A stretch of DNA of 64,000 nucleotides from Candidatus Levyibacteriota bacterium (GTDB lineage: Bacteria; Patescibacteriota; Microgenomatia; Levybacterales; UBA12049): the NCBI GenBank assembly GCA_003152105.1, contig PLZJ01000002.1:172257-236256 (forward strand), read 5' to 3'. The position numbers and the translations under genes were made by a program. The notes beneath the pieces are model-generated. The model saw only the letters and a list, made by a program, of their open reading frames with translations. It was not told the origin of the DNA and made no database searches. Position 1 is the first letter of the stretch; the number at the start of each line of letters is the position of its first letter. Below are positions 9,273 through 21,268 of this stretch, piece by piece.

Positions 9273-11939
9273 ATGAATCATTCTGCCCTAATTTCTGAAG
9301 AGAAAGTAAAAACCCCATTATTAATAATTGATCCCCTTGGAGAAATAGGAAAAATATTAACTGACAGAATAAAAAACGATTACCATGTTGTTTTTGTAAG
9401 CAAGCAGGAATTTGAACAGTCAAAAGACGTTGATAATATATTGTTAAAATACCATGAATCGTATATCCCAGATGTAGCTTATTCAGTAATGATTTTTATT
9501 TATCATGGTGATTTGCGAATGCTCGATATGATGCCAGCAATAACTAAGAAAGCATCTGAAAAAAACGCAAAACTGATTATCGTCAATACGACATCTCGAT
9601 TGGCTAATGTTGAAAGTAAAACTGTAAGAGTTTATTTAGGCGATGTTGTAGGAAGCGTGGATGAGATTGTAATTACAAGTGAGATTAATAAATTCTTAAT
9701 TCACGCAGCACTTCGAAAGAAAATAAAACTGCAAGGTAGCGGAATGCATATTCTTCACCCAGTTAACATTGATGATGTTATAGACCAATTATTGCTTCTC
9801 ATAAATAGCCCAAGAACTACAGGTGATTTTATGCTATCTCCTCAAATTGGAACCACTGAATTATCTGTTGCTCATTCAATAACGAAACAAGATCCAGAGG
9901 TTGGTATTGACTTTTATTCAGATAAGCTTATACCGCTTCCAAGGGCACAAAGAGGAGAATTTTTATTACCAAAAACCTATGACGGACAAGAGGCCGTAAA
10001 AAAAGCTTACAAGGATATTAAGAAAGTATTATCCACCCCAAAATTAAAAACATTTTTTTTAAAAAAAGTAAAACAACAATTGCATGAAAAGAAAATGCAA
10101 AAAAAGGTAAGTACTCGAATATATTTAGTGCGACAATTGTTTTTGTTTTTACTATATTTCTTGTTGCTACCACCATTGGTTGCTTTCATGTTAGCGCTTT
10201 TTGGGATTGGAACACTTTTACATGCAAAGGACGAGTTTTCTAAGGGAAATACTAATGTGCAACTTGATTTAAAAATTGCAACAAACTCTTTTGCATATGC
10301 AGAGAAATTTCTGGCCATTACCGAAGATACCTTATCTCTTTTCGGTGAAAATTTGATTGTAACTCCATATAAAAATCAATTAGAAATTGCTCAAGTAATA
10401 GGAAATGCGCTTGAAAAAACTCAATTATTATTCCCATCAAGTCGCAAGATGAGCCAAACTCAATTTACCGATGCATTATTATCGCTATCAAGAGGATTAG
10501 ACACAATAGAAATGTTGGAGGTTGAAGGAATTATTTCTCCTCAAATGATACAACCATTAATACAAAATGCTCCTCTTGTAAACTTATTTAAACTAACTCG
10601 TGATAATATACCTCAGTTAGTTGGTTATTCTGGAGAAAAAGATTATTTAGTTTTATTTCAAAATAATACGGAACTAAGACCAACAGGTGGATTTATAGGT
10701 TCATATGCAATCCTTAGTATGGATAGTGGCAAATTAAAAAATATTGTAGTGCATAATGTGTATGACGCAGATGGTCAGCTACATCAGCATGTTGAACCAC
10801 CGTGGCAGCTACGTAGATATATTCCAATACAGCATTTATTTTTAAGAGATATTAATTTTGATTTAGATTTTCCTACCTCAGCTCAAAAAGCCTCTGTTTT
10901 TTTACAGACTGAGACAGGTCAACATGTCGAGGGCGTGATAGGGGTAGATTTATCATTTGTCAAATCACTGCTTAGCGTAGTAGGCCCCATATATGTTCCT
11001 GAATATAATCAAACAGTAACACAAGACAATATGTTTCTGTTAACTGAAGAGCATGCTGAAAAAGATTCTTTCCCAGGTTCTACGCAAAAACAAGATTTCC
11101 TTAGTTCTTTATTAAATGCGATTCAATTAAAGTTGCAATCGCAAAAAACAATTAACTATCTTGGGCTATTGGAACAAATAAATAACGCATTAGTTGAAAA
11201 ACATTTATTACTAACAGTTTTGGATCCCTCTATTCAGCCCGGTTTGTCAATAAATGGCTATTCTGATTCAATAATTGATACTAGAATGCCAAGTCAAAAT
11301 ACGATATCTGACTTTTTAAGTATTAATGAAGCAAATTTAGGACTTAATAAAGTAAATTACTTTATTAAAAGAAAAGTTAAGCAGCAAGTTATTATCGATG
11401 ATCTAGGAAAGATTCATGAAACAATTACTATTGATTATAAAAATACTAGCGACGGAAGTTGGCCAGGAGGTATATATAAAAATTACCTGCGTCTAGTAAC
11501 TCCACAAGGAGCTACCATAACCAGTGTGGAAATAAATGGCATTAAACAAAACAATATACCCGCAATAACAGATTATCATATTTATGAAGAAAAAAATTTT
11601 AGGCCCCCACTAGGGTTTGAAGATGAACAAACAACTCAATATGGAAAAAACGTAATCGGATTTTTAGTTTCAGTTCCCGTACAAGGATTTACATCAATTA
11701 CTGTCTCTTATGATTTGGCACAGCATCTATCTCAAAATAATTCATCATTTTATTATGACGAAATAGTTTCTAAACAAGCGGGACTTGATAGCGATCCTTA
11801 TAATATAGCACTCACTTTCCCAAAATCTTTTCAATTATTCTCAGGTGACAATGCGGTCTTGTCAGGGGATAGCACATTAACATATGCATACCATTTAAAT
11901 AAAGATATACATTTACATTTCTCGTTTACTAAAAAATAA
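9273..11939 (+). CDS. large membrane-anchored extracellular protein, DUF4012-like
   Basis: 888 aa, single TM at about residue 290, long extracytoplasmic domain. Neighbourhood of envelope polysaccharide genes is typical of DUF4012 proteins. Confidence 0.45.
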   Translation: MNHSALISEEKVKTPLLIIDPLGEIGKILTDRIKNDYHVVFVSKQEFEQSKDVDNILLKYHESYIPDVAYSVMIFIYHGDLRMLDMMPAITKKASEKNAKLIIVNTTSRLANVESKTVRVYLGDVVGSVDEIVITSEINKFLIHAALRKKIKLQGSGMHILHPVNIDDVIDQLLLLINSPRTTGDFMLSPQIGTTELSVAHSITKQDPEVGIDFYSDKLIPLPRAQRGEFLLPKTYDGQEAVKKAYKDIKKVLSTPKLKTFFLKKVKQQLHEKKMQKKVSTRIYLVRQLFLFLLYFLLLPPLVAFMLALFGIGTLLHAKDEFSKGNTNVQLDLKIATNSFAYAEKFLAITEDTLSLFGENLIVTPYKNQLEIAQVIGNALEKTQLLFPSSRKMSQTQFTDALLSLSRGLDTIEMLEVEGIISPQMIQPLIQNAPLVNLFKLTRDNIPQLVGYSGEKDYLVLFQNNTELRPTGGFIGSYAILSMDSGKLKNIVVHNVYDADGQLHQHVEPPWQLRRYIPIQHLFLRDINFDLDFPTSAQKASVFLQTETGQHVEGVIGVDLSFVKSLLSVVGPIYVPEYNQTVTQDNMFLLTEEHAEKDSFPGSTQKQDFLSSLLNAIQLKLQSQKTINYLGLLEQINNALVEKHLLLTVLDPSIQPGLSINGYSDSIIDTRMPSQNTISDFLSINEANLGLNKVNYFIKRKVKQQVIIDDLGKIHETITIDYKNTSDGSWPGGIYKNYLRLVTPQGATITSVEINGIKQNNIPAITDYHIYEEKNFRPPLGFEDEQTTQYGKNVIGFLVSVPVQGFTSITVSYDLAQHLSQNNSSFYYDEIVSKQAGLDSDPYNIALTFPKSFQLFSGDNAVLSGDSTLTYAYHLNKDIHLHFSFTKK

Positions 11940-12074
11940 GTATATTTTAAAAACTCTATAAATACAGTTTTTATTGCTCTGATAAAACCTAGTTTTTAGT
12001 TGCATTTATTATTCCATTTCGCATAAAATTTTCAGCTCGTTGAACCAAACAGTGTCATTTGTTAGAATAGGTTC

Positions 12075-14276
12075 ATGGACAAAGCTTATAATTTTGAAGA
12101 AGTAGAAAATAAACTATATCGTTTTTGGGAAAGTGAAGGGTTTTTTAAACCAGAAATAAATCCAAATGGAAAACCATTTAGTATAGTTTTACCTCCTCCA
12201 AATGTTACCGGTACATTGCATATGGGTCATGCCCTAATGCTTGTAATAGAAGATGTATTGGTTAGATATCATAGAATGAAAGGATATAAAACTCTTTGGT
12301 TACCAGGAACAGATCATGCCGCAATAGCAACTCATGCAAAAGTAGAAGCCGAGTTATGGAATACTCATAAGCAAAATAGATTTGATTTAGGGAGAGAAGT
12401 ATTTGTAAGAATGGTAGAGGAATTTGCGCAAAATAGTCACGACACAATTGCAAATCAAATTCGTCACATGGGAGCTTCAGTAGATTGGACTAGGGAAGCA
12501 TACACGCTCGATGAGGAAAGAAATCATGCAGTTAGAGTAGCATTTAAAAAGATGTTTGACGAAGGATTAATTTATAGAGGGGCCAAGATTGTAAATTGGG
12601 ATCCTAGAATGCAAACCACAGTTTCAGATGACGAAGTGGAATGGAAAGAAAAGGAATCAGAATTCTATTACTTACAATACGGACCGTTTGTAATAGGTAC
12701 TGCAAGACCCGAAACTAAATTTGGAGATAAATATGTAGTCATGCACCCTAAAGATAAAAGATATACAAAATATATTCATGGGGACAAAATTGAACTTGAA
12801 TGGATAAATGGAAAAATCACTGCAACAATTATTAAAGACGATTCTATAGATATGGAATTTGGCACTGGTGTAATGACAATAACTCCTTGGCATGACAGAC
12901 TAGATTTCGACATTGCGGAAAAACATGGATTAGATAAGGAGCAGATAATTGATTTTAACGGCAAGTTGTTGCCGATCGCAGGGGAATTTAAGGGCTTACA
13001 TATAAAAAAAGCACGTCCACTAATTGTCGAAAAACTAAAAGCAAAAAACCTTTTGGTAAAGGTCGACCAAAAATATATTCATAACATAGCTACAAATTCT
13101 CGCGGAGGAGAAATTATTGAACCGCAAGTAAAAGAACAATGGTTTATTTCGGTTACTAAGGAATTTCCAATGGGGCATTCAGAGCTTAAAGGAATTAAGA
13201 AAGGTGAAATGGTAACCCTTAAGCAATTAATGATGCATGTTGTACAAAGTGAACAAATCACTTTCACACCCAATAATTTTATCAAAACATATTATAGATG
13301 GATTGAGAATTTAAGAGATTGGTGTATTTCACGCCAAATTTGGTACGGACACAGAATCCCTGTCTGGTATAAAGGTACCCAAGTGTACTGCGATATCGTT
13401 CCACCTAAAGAAGAAGGCTGGAAACAAGATCCTGACACTTTAGATACATGGTTTTCGTCGGGTATTTGGACATTTTCATCAATGGGTTGGCCAAATGAAA
13501 CAAAGGATCTAAAAGAATTTCATCCAACATCTGTTCTTGAAACTGGCTATGACATTTTATTTTTCTGGGTAGCAAGGATGATTTTAATGACAACATATTT
13601 AAGAGGAGAAATACCATTTAAGAAAGTATTATTAAATGGATTAGTTAGGGATGCACAAAAACAAAAAATGAGTAAAAGCAAAGGAAATATAATTAATCCT
13701 TTAGATTATGCAAAAGTATATGGTACTGATGCACTTCGAATTGCATTAATTTTTTCAACAGCTGCAGGTAATGATATTGCTTTGTCTGAAGATAGAGTTC
13801 GTGGAATGAAGTACTTTTCTAATAAGTTATGGAATATTGCTAGGTTTGTTTCCATGCATGAAGTTGTAGATGAAATAGACGCGAAATCATTAGATGAATT
13901 GATTGATCATATTGGAGGAGAACAAAAACTACAAGCTGCTGATAGGCAAATTATAGATATTCTGAAAAAAACAGCTTCATCTGTGTCAGAAAATATAGAA
14001 AGCTTTAGACTACATGAAGCTACACAAACACTTTATCAGTTTGTATGGCACGATTTTGCAGATAAATATATTGAGCAAATCAAAAAATCATTTGAAGGTG
14101 CTGAAAAGCCTACCGAAAATACGTACCCTCAATATCAAATTGCAAAACTTATTCTCATTGACACATTAAAGCTACTTCATCCCTTCATGCCATATATTAC
14201 AGAGGAAATATATTTAAAAATACCTGGACATGGTCAATCAATAATGATTTCCGCATGGCCAAATGCATATAAATAG
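12075..14276 (+). CDS. valS: valyl-tRNA synthetase (short form)
   Basis: HIGH motif (TLHMGHAL), KMSKS, and ValRS-specific GTARPETKFGDKYVVMHPKDKRY and WCISRQIWYGHRIPVWY. Confidence 0.8.
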   Translation: MDKAYNFEEVENKLYRFWESEGFFKPEINPNGKPFSIVLPPPNVTGTLHMGHALMLVIEDVLVRYHRMKGYKTLWLPGTDHAAIATHAKVEAELWNTHKQNRFDLGREVFVRMVEEFAQNSHDTIANQIRHMGASVDWTREAYTLDEERNHAVRVAFKKMFDEGLIYRGAKIVNWDPRMQTTVSDDEVEWKEKESEFYYLQYGPFVIGTARPETKFGDKYVVMHPKDKRYTKYIHGDKIELEWINGKITATIIKDDSIDMEFGTGVMTITPWHDRLDFDIAEKHGLDKEQIIDFNGKLLPIAGEFKGLHIKKARPLIVEKLKAKNLLVKVDQKYIHNIATNSRGGEIIEPQVKEQWFISVTKEFPMGHSELKGIKKGEMVTLKQLMMHVVQSEQITFTPNNFIKTYYRWIENLRDWCISRQIWYGHRIPVWYKGTQVYCDIVPPKEEGWKQDPDTLDTWFSSGIWTFSSMGWPNETKDLKEFHPTSVLETGYDILFFWVARMILMTTYLRGEIPFKKVLLNGLVRDAQKQKMSKSKGNIINPLDYAKVYGTDALRIALIFSTAAGNDIALSEDRVRGMKYFSNKLWNIARFVSMHEVVDEIDAKSLDELIDHIGGEQKLQAADRQIIDILKKTASSVSENIESFRLHEATQTLYQFVWHDFADKYIEQIKKSFEGAEKPTENTYPQYQIAKLILIDTLKLLHPFMPYITEEIYLKIPGHGQSIMISAWPNAYK

Positions 14277-14287
14277 GAATTATTACA

Positions 14288-14755
14288 ATGGCAAAAAGAT
14301 CCAAAAAACCCAAAGTTATAAAGAAGTTTAAAAATATACCTAAGAAAACTAAAGAAAAGGTGGTATTTCAAAGAAAAAGAGAATTCCCGAGTATTTCCCG
14401 ATTTATTCCCGAATTCACGTTTAGGTTCAAAAGAAACGATTCCTTGCCGGGAAATAGCATAAGACTTATTTTTGCTATCGTAATAGTAGCAATAGTGACA
14501 GAGGGTATTCATTTATTTATTGATTTGCGTAACGTAAAAGTTACCGCAGATGATTCGATTACCTTTGCTAAACAAGCTGCGTATTGGCAAATGACTGAGA
14601 AGAAATACCCAAATTATAGAGATGGTTATTTCCAATTAGCTTTACTTGCTTATAGGGTAGGAGATAACCAAAAAGCAAATGAATATTTACAACAAGTAGA
14701 AACGTTGGATCCAAATTTTGAGGGCGTACAGCTATTAAGATCGTATATAAGATAG
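14288..14755 (+). CDS. hypothetical membrane protein with TPR-like C-terminus
   Basis: Basic N-terminus, one TM helix; preferred over the antisense ORF 14234-14512. Confidence 0.35.
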   Translation: MAKRSKKPKVIKKFKNIPKKTKEKVVFQRKREFPSISRFIPEFTFRFKRNDSLPGNSIRLIFAIVIVAIVTEGIHLFIDLRNVKVTADDSITFAKQAAYWQMTEKKYPNYRDGYFQLALLAYRVGDNQKANEYLQQVETLDPNFEGVQLLRSYIR

Positions 14756-15460
14756 CTATTCTTTTGGTTTTTCTTCCGAATTATTGTCTTCAGTTTTTTG
14801 TTCTTCTTTTTCTTTAGTCACTTCTTGTCCTTCTGATTCAGCTCCTTCTTCCTTAGCTGCTTCAGAAGCTGCTGCTTCTTCGGCTGCTTGCTCTTCAGCT
14901 TCTTTTGAAACCAGTTCTGTGATTTTAACTACTGATTGATTAGGGTCAGTAAGAATTACTACACCGCTCGGTGTTTTTAATTCTTCAACTGGAATATATT
15001 CGTCAACTTCAGCGAGTTCAGTAATGTCGACTTCTATTTTTTCAGGTAGATCTTGAGGAAGTGCTTCAACTTCGACTTCTGAAAGCATTTGTTGAACTAA
15101 CCCAACTCTGTCGGTGACTGCCTGAGCTTCCCCAACTAATAGAATTGGAACAGAGGTTTTAATTTTCTCTTTAAGATTTACTTTAAAGAAGTCAGCATGA
15201 AGTATTTCGTCTCGAAGGTAATCTTTTGCAACATTATGTATTAAAACAGTTAGAGATTTGCCATTTAAATCAAGATCAATTAGTCCCGTTTCTCCTACTT
15301 GTTTATATACGGGAAGAAATTCTTTCTTCTCTACTTGTACTGGTGTCGAATCTATGTCTTTGCCATAAACGTTACCGGGCAAAATTCCTTCTCTTCGTAA
15401 TTGCTTTACTTTTTTACCAAATATTTCTCTTTTTGCTACCTTAAGGGAGGGGTTTTTCAT
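14756..15460 (-). CDS. rplY: 50S ribosomal protein L25 / general stress protein Ctc
   Basis: N-terminal L25 fold (KREIFGKKVKQLRREGILPGNVYG) and acidic C-terminal tail. Confidence 0.75.
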   Translation of the reverse strand: MKNPSLKVAKREIFGKKVKQLRREGILPGNVYGKDIDSTPVQVEKKEFLPVYKQVGETGLIDLDLNGKSLTVLIHNVAKDYLRDEILHADFFKVNLKEKIKTSVPILLVGEAQAVTDRVGLVQQMLSEVEVEALPQDLPEKIEVDITELAEVDEYIPVEELKTPSGVVILTDPNQSVVKITELVSKEAEEQAAEEAAASEAAKEEGAESEGQEVTKEKEEQKTEDNNSEEKPKE

Positions 15461-15515
15461 TTAGTCATTCTACCATAGATTTTGCAGCAAAACAAATGCA
15501 GAGTATAATGCTTAT

Positions 15516-15989
15516 ATGAGAATCATTGGTATTGATCCTGGAATTGCGAGGACGGGTTGGGGAATAGTCGATAAGGAAAAAAATATAATTAAAGCTGTCG
15601 CGTATGGTTGTTTTGAAACCTCGCAAAAAGACAGTCTCGAAGAAAGGTTATTAGCTTTATATGAAGGCATGTTATCTTTAATGGATAAATTCTCGCCAGA
15701 AGTAGTATCTGTAGAAGAATTATTTTTTAATACAAACGCTAAAACTGCCTTAATTGTAGGTCACGCAAGGGGAGTGATAATGCTTGCTGCAGCTAAAAAA
15801 AAATTACCAATTGCAGTTTATACTCCTCTTCAGGTAAAAATTGCAGTAACAGGGTACGGAAGAGCAGAAAAAAAGCAGGTTGGACAAATGATAAAAACAT
15901 TACTTAAATTATCAGAAGTACCAAAACTTGATGATACATCGGATGCTTTGGCAATTGGATTAACGCATGCATTCACAATGAAAATGTAG
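15516..15989 (+). CDS. ruvC: Holliday junction resolvase RuvC
   Basis: MRIIGIDPGIARTGWGIV catalytic N-terminus. Confidence 0.85.
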   Translation: MRIIGIDPGIARTGWGIVDKEKNIIKAVAYGCFETSQKDSLEERLLALYEGMLSLMDKFSPEVVSVEELFFNTNAKTALIVGHARGVIMLAAAKKKLPIAVYTPLQVKIAVTGYGRAEKKQVGQMIKTLLKLSEVPKLDDTSDALAIGLTHAFTMKM

Positions 15990-16018
15990 ATAGTAAAACA
16001 TGCTATAATACGCCTTGC

Positions 16019-16591
16019 ATGATCGGTCTGCTCAGAGGAACAATAATTCATCGTTTTGACCCCAATATTATTATTGATGTTAATGGGGTAGGCTATAAGG
16101 TATTTGCATCGCATGGTGTGCTTTCTCAAAGTACCACGCCCGAACAAATCATTACGATTTATACCTACACGCATGTAAGAGAAGATACATTAGAACTTTT
16201 TGGTTTTTTAACTCACCCAGATTTATTATTATTTGAACAGTTATTGAGTGTTTCAGGAATTGGCCCAAAAACAGCGATTGCGGTATTTTCAATTGGCGAC
16301 CGAGACGCAATACTAAATGCAATTTCAAGTGGAAATATAACATTTTTTACTACCGTACCAAGATTGGGAACTAAAAATGCTCAAAAAATAATTATTGAAT
16401 TAAAAGGAAAAGTTGATTTGACATCTTCTGTAATGAACAATAGTAATTCAGAGCTAATAGTAGCACTTCAATCATTTGGTTTTTCAATGAAGGAAATTCA
16501 ACATGCACTTTCTTCGATTGAACAAAGTGCACAAATGCCGCAAGATATGCCTTCTCAAATTAAACTTGTATTAAAATATTTAGGGAAGTAA
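16019..16591 (+). CDS. ruvA: Holliday junction branch-migration protein RuvA
   Basis: HhH motifs ([12 protein letters not shown]); ruvC-ruvA-ruvB order. Confidence 0.8.
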   Translation: MIGLLRGTIIHRFDPNIIIDVNGVGYKVFASHGVLSQSTTPEQIITIYTYTHVREDTLELFGFLTHPDLLLFEQLLSVSGIGPKTAIAVFSIGDRDAILNAISSGNITFFTTVPRLGTKNAQKIIIELKGKVDLTSSVMNNSNSELIVALQSFGFSMKEIQHALSSIEQSAQMPQDMPSQIKLVLKYLGK

Positions 16592-16592
16592 T

Positions 16593-17630
16593 ATGTCGAA
16601 CAAAATAAATGTAACTACGAATCATATTGAAGAAATAATTCCTGAAGAAGAAGCTGTTTTTAACTCTCTTCGTGCTTCAGATTGGGAGGAGTTTTACGGG
16701 CAGGATAAAATAAAAGAAGCTTTACGTATTGCTATTGATGCAGCAAAGAAACGAGAGGAAGCACTGGAGCATATTTTACTTTATGGTCCTCCAGGTCTTG
16801 GTAAAACTACGTTGTCACATCTTATTGCAAAAGAAATGGGTAGCAATATAAGAGTAACTTCTGGTCCAGCAATTGAACGAACAGGGGATTTGGCTTCAAT
16901 TCTTACAAACCTAGAAAAAGGAGATATCTTATTTATTGATGAAATACATAGAATGAATAGGGTAGTGGAGGAAACTCTTTATCCTGCCATGGAAGATTAT
17001 GCGCTAGATATAATAATAGGTAAAGGACCATCAGCTAGAACATTAAGGCTTGATTTGCCACAATTTACAATTATAGGAGCTACAACAAGAGTTGGAATGT
17101 TATCTGCACCACTAAGAGATAGATTTGGAGTAGTACATAGGTTAGATTTTTATAACTCAAAAGACCTAGAAATAGTTGTTCGCAATGCAGCAAAGAAGCT
17201 TAATATAACTATTGATAAAGAAAGTATAACAATGATTGCAAGAAGAGGAAGGGGTACTCCGAGAATAGCATTAAAATTGTTAAAACGAGCACGAGATTTT
17301 GCTCAAGTAAAAGGAAAGGGAGTTATCACAAATCAACTTGCAAATGAAGCATTATCTTTACTAGATATCGATACATTGGGATTAGATGGATCAGATAGAA
17401 GATTTTTATTTTCTATAATCGATAAACATAAAGGAGGGCCGGTTGGCATAGAAACAATCGCATCTACAATCTCTGAAGATATTGAAACTTTAGAAGATGT
17501 GATAGAACCTTATTTATTGCAACTAGGATTTTTAAAACGAACAAGTCGAGGGAGAATAGTTACAGATCTAGCATACCAACATTTAGGCATTAAACAACTA
17601 AGTGGCAAAGACCAGCAATCATTGTTGTAA
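16593..17630 (+). CDS. ruvB: Holliday junction DNA helicase RuvB
   Basis: Walker [11 protein letters not shown], Walker B LFIDEIHR, sensor and winged-helix regions. Confidence 0.9.
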   Translation: MSNKINVTTNHIEEIIPEEEAVFNSLRASDWEEFYGQDKIKEALRIAIDAAKKREEALEHILLYGPPGLGKTTLSHLIAKEMGSNIRVTSGPAIERTGDLASILTNLEKGDILFIDEIHRMNRVVEETLYPAMEDYALDIIIGKGPSARTLRLDLPQFTIIGATTRVGMLSAPLRDRFGVVHRLDFYNSKDLEIVVRNAAKKLNITIDKESITMIARRGRGTPRIALKLLKRARDFAQVKGKGVITNQLANEALSLLDIDTLGLDGSDRRFLFSIIDKHKGGPVGIETIASTISEDIETLEDVIEPYLLQLGFLKRTSRGRIVTDLAYQHLGIKQLSGKDQQSLL

Positions 17631-19355
17631 GGCAACTGGACACTTGGCTTGCAATTCTCCAACATAATAAGAGCTTAAAGAATCATTTTCTTGTTGAAGT
17701 AAATTTATATATATAGATAATGCCTGACAGTTGTTACTGTCGATATTTAATAGTCTTTTAAGTGCCTCTATTTCTGTATGTTTCCAATCCAATAGTTGAA
17801 AAACATTAATATATTGCGCAAGATCTTGTATAGATAAATCGCTTTGAAAGCGAAAAGAAGATTGAGAAATGGTATGGCCTGTTATTAGATTATGATTTTC
17901 TTGATTATTTTTGACCAATATAATTGAAAAGGAATCAAGATATACAATTTTCCAATCATTATTTACTGAAATATTTTTCAAAAACTGTTGCGCCCAAGGA
18001 GTTTGGTCAGTGTGAGAGAAAAATATACTATTAAAATTATACTTATTGTTTTGACTTGCAAAAAGTAATGGATTTTGAAGCATAGGAATATAAATATTTT
18101 CAAAAAACGATGCTGGAAAAGCTTCGGGGCGACCATCAATAAATACTCGTTGCTTTGGATATAGTCTATATTCTAAGTAACTTCCTATGTCAAAATTATT
18201 TAAAAGTGGCCCCTGTATTTTGTTTTCTTGATAAAAGCTTACTCCTTCGGCAGCTCCTTTAATTGACCCAAAGCCCAGACCATTTTTAGCTAAACTAGTA
18301 TGCATTGTGCTATACGTGAGGATACTGATGAGTAGTACGATAAACGTCAAAAAATATATATTATTTCTATATTTATTGCTAACATTTCCATATAAAATAT
18401 CAAGAGCTCTGCAAAAAGATATAAACGTAGTAAATACGAACAAAGGAAAATTGCGGATAGCCATTGCCGCTCCGATAGAAAATAAAATAAGCAAAAACCA
18501 ATCTATGGCTCTAGTTTTTTTCCAAGTGATAAGTAGTAATGAAATTAGAAAAGCCACACTTAATTTAAAAAACAACACAGTTTGTAGGTGAAAAAGAGAA
18601 TCTAAGAAAAAAATGTTTTGATTTTCTTCTAGAGAATACCCATAATTGTTAAATACATTTAATGGAAATAGTGCTCCAGATATGCCATTTGGATTACAAA
18701 GAGTAACTATAATGCAGCAAGACCCAACAATCAGTAGTCTTTTAATTTTTTTCGACATTATTATTTTTTTAGTTACTATTTCATCAGCGAGAAATAAACA
18801 TACTAAAGCAATGCCAACAGGATAGTATATATGCATGTTTGTCCATAAAAATTCAATTACAGGTAGTAGGTAAATCCAATTCGTCATCTTCTCTCGATTT
18901 TTAAATAGAATAATCATAAAAATCGAAACAAATAAGAAACTAAAAATTTCTGGACGTATATCCGTTCTTTCAAGGAGTATTTGGAGATAAAGAAAAGCAG
19001 TTAATAAACATATGAACGGATTATATTTTTTAATCGAAAAATAAAAAATAATTCCAAATGCAATACAAGCAGTAATTGTGGAAAATAAAAGAAGTCCATT
19101 TAAACCTAAGAATAAGGTAATAAAATAGTAAAATACTTCCGATAGCCAATGAGTATTTATAAACGGGTAGTTAGGATATGTATAAGAAAATAAATTTATT
19201 TTGGGGACACTTCCATTTGAGGATATTATTTTGCCCAGTAATAAATGTCTACCCAAATCTTGATTAAGCGCGTTAATTGGGTGGAAAAATATTACAAATA
19301 GTAATCCAGAAGCAATAATTATTGTGGTAAATCGTAATAAAAATATGTATTTCAT
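17619..19355 (-). CDS. polytopic membrane protein, possibly a GT39/GT83-like glycosyltransferase, with C-terminal soluble domain
   Basis: About 12 TM helices followed by a ~200 aa C-terminal domain. Confidence 0.4.
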   Translation of the reverse strand: MKYIFLLRFTTIIIASGLLFVIFFHPINALNQDLGRHLLLGKIISSNGSVPKINLFSYTYPNYPFINTHWLSEVFYYFITLFLGLNGLLLFSTITACIAFGIIFYFSIKKYNPFICLLTAFLYLQILLERTDIRPEIFSFLFVSIFMIILFKNREKMTNWIYLLPVIEFLWTNMHIYYPVGIALVCLFLADEIVTKKIIMSKKIKRLLIVGSCCIIVTLCNPNGISGALFPLNVFNNYGYSLEENQNIFFLDSLFHLQTVLFFKLSVAFLISLLLITWKKTRAIDWFLLILFSIGAAMAIRNFPLFVFTTFISFCRALDILYGNVSNKYRNNIYFLTFIVLLISILTYSTMHTSLAKNGLGFGSIKGAAEGVSFYQENKIQGPLLNNFDIGSYLEYRLYPKQRVFIDGRPEAFPASFFENIYIPMLQNPLLFASQNNKYNFNSIFFSHTDQTPWAQQFLKNISVNNDWKIVYLDSFSIILVKNNQENHNLITGHTISQSSFRFQSDLSIQDLAQYINVFQLLDWKHTEIEALKRLLNIDSNNCQALSIYINLLQQENDSLSSYYVGELQAKCPVALQQ

Positions 19356-19485
19356 TTAGAAAAGAACTATTTTATTAATAGGCATTTAATGTTTGGTATG
19401 TATTTGATTATAAATTTTAGTATATTTTTAATCAATCCATGCAAATTGATATTTCATAAGAACCCTGTGCTACAATAGCTCCTAT

Positions 19486-21243
19486 ATGGATCAAGTCGAT
19501 CAAATTAGAGAAAAAACTGATATTGTAGCGCTGCTATCAGAATACTTAGAATTAAAACAAGCAGGTCGAAATTTTAAGACGACTTGTCCATTTCATCACG
19601 AAAAGTCACCTTCATTTGTAGTGTCTCCTGAAAGACAAATATGGCATTGTTTTGGTTGTAATAAGGGGGGAGATGTATTTACTTTTCTTATGGAATATGA
19701 ACAAATGGAATTTCCAGAAGCTCTTCGTTTCTTAGCTAAAAAGGCTGGTATAGAATTAAAATCAAGTGAAAGATCTAATATCGTTACGACTAAAAAAGAA
19801 ATATTATATGGATTAAATTATTTGGCTGCAGAGTTTTATCACTATTTACTAACAAAACATAAAATTGGAAAAGAAGCATTGTCATATTTGACCAATACGC
19901 GTAATTTAAACCCTAAAATTATTGAAACATTTAAGCTGGGATTTGCTCCATCTTCAGGTAACGCTTTGACTCGATTTCTTCTCGGAAAAAAGGGATATAG
20001 CGAAATCGATCTAATTGAAGCTGGACTTGCATATAGAAGAGGTCGAGATGTTTATGATTTCTTTTTTGGTAGATTAATGTTTCCATTAATTGATGCAAGA
20101 GATAATATAGTAGGATTTTCTGCAAGAGGACTAACCAACGAATCCATGCCAAAATATCTTAACACAAGAGATACTCTTATTTATAATAAAAGTAATCAAT
20201 TATTTGGCATTAACATTGCAAAGAAAGAGATAAAAAGTAAAAATCAAGCAATTTTAGTTGAAGGTGAATTTGATGTGTTATCGTTATTTCAACATGGGAT
20301 AGGGAATGTGGTAGGAATTAAAGGTACTGCTTTAACAGAGTCGCAATTAATATTGCTAAAAAGATTTTGTTCAAAGATTACTCTTTCATTAGATAAGGAT
20401 TCAGCAGGACAGCAAGCTATGTTAAGAAGTATACCTCTTATCGAAAAACAAGAGTTATTAGCAAGCGTAGTGGTTTTTGATAATGCAAAAGATCCAGACG
20501 AGGCTGTAAGAACCGATGAATACCAGGTAAAAGATGCCCTAAAACACGACGAAGATATCTATGAATATTTACTCAACCAAGCGATACAAAAATATGATGT
20601 CAAAACCCCTCAGGGCAAATCAGCAATAACTAAGATGGTATTGCCTCTTTTTGCTGGAATAAGAAACGAGATAGTTAAAGAACATTTTGTTAGAAAATTG
20701 GGCGAAGCACTAAATACTTCATATGAAAGTATAAATCGCGAAATGGCAAAATATAAAAAGGAAGAAAAATCAATACCTTCTAATGCAAAGGTTGTTGCTA
20801 AAAGAAAAAGAGAAGAATTACTCGAGGAATACATATTTTCTCTTTTAGTTCAAGGAAATAATCCTAGTCAGTTATTTATAAGACTAGAGCCAATTCTTAT
20901 GGGGTATGAGTTTAGTATTGCATCGCATTCTCGATTTTACTCCTTACTAAATGAATATTTTACTAAAACTAAGTATGTAGACCTAAAGCTATTTGTAAAT
21001 ACTCTACCTGAAGAAATGAAACAATTATTTGATATTTGTTATATTGCACCTCTTCCGACATTCCAAAGCGATATATTATATGAAAATGAATGTCTTAATA
21101 AGGCAATGGAACTAAAAAAATTATTTTTGCGTCAGCAGATTAGTATGAGCAAAGATAGTGATCTTTTAGATAAGTTACAACAAGAATATATTCAAATCGA
21201 TAAGGAGTTAAAAAGTAAATATTCTCGTTTAGCTTCCAATTGA
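19486..21243 (+). CDS. dnaG: DNA primase
   Basis: Zinc-binding [11 protein letters not shown]...[19 protein letters not shown]; followed by rpoD (MMS-operon order). Confidence 0.85.
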   Translation: MDQVDQIREKTDIVALLSEYLELKQAGRNFKTTCPFHHEKSPSFVVSPERQIWHCFGCNKGGDVFTFLMEYEQMEFPEALRFLAKKAGIELKSSERSNIVTTKKEILYGLNYLAAEFYHYLLTKHKIGKEALSYLTNTRNLNPKIIETFKLGFAPSSGNALTRFLLGKKGYSEIDLIEAGLAYRRGRDVYDFFFGRLMFPLIDARDNIVGFSARGLTNESMPKYLNTRDTLIYNKSNQLFGINIAKKEIKSKNQAILVEGEFDVLSLFQHGIGNVVGIKGTALTESQLILLKRFCSKITLSLDKDSAGQQAMLRSIPLIEKQELLASVVVFDNAKDPDEAVRTDEYQVKDALKHDEDIYEYLLNQAIQKYDVKTPQGKSAITKMVLPLFAGIRNEIVKEHFVRKLGEALNTSYESINREMAKYKKEEKSIPSNAKVVAKRKREELLEEYIFSLLVQGNNPSQLFIRLEPILMGYEFSIASHSRFYSLLNEYFTKTKYVDLKLFVNTLPEEMKQLFDICYIAPLPTFQSDILYENECLNKAMELKKLFLRQQISMSKDSDLLDKLQQEYIQIDKELKSKYSRLASN

Positions 21244-21268
21244 ACTTCATTTTTGGTATAATACATAC

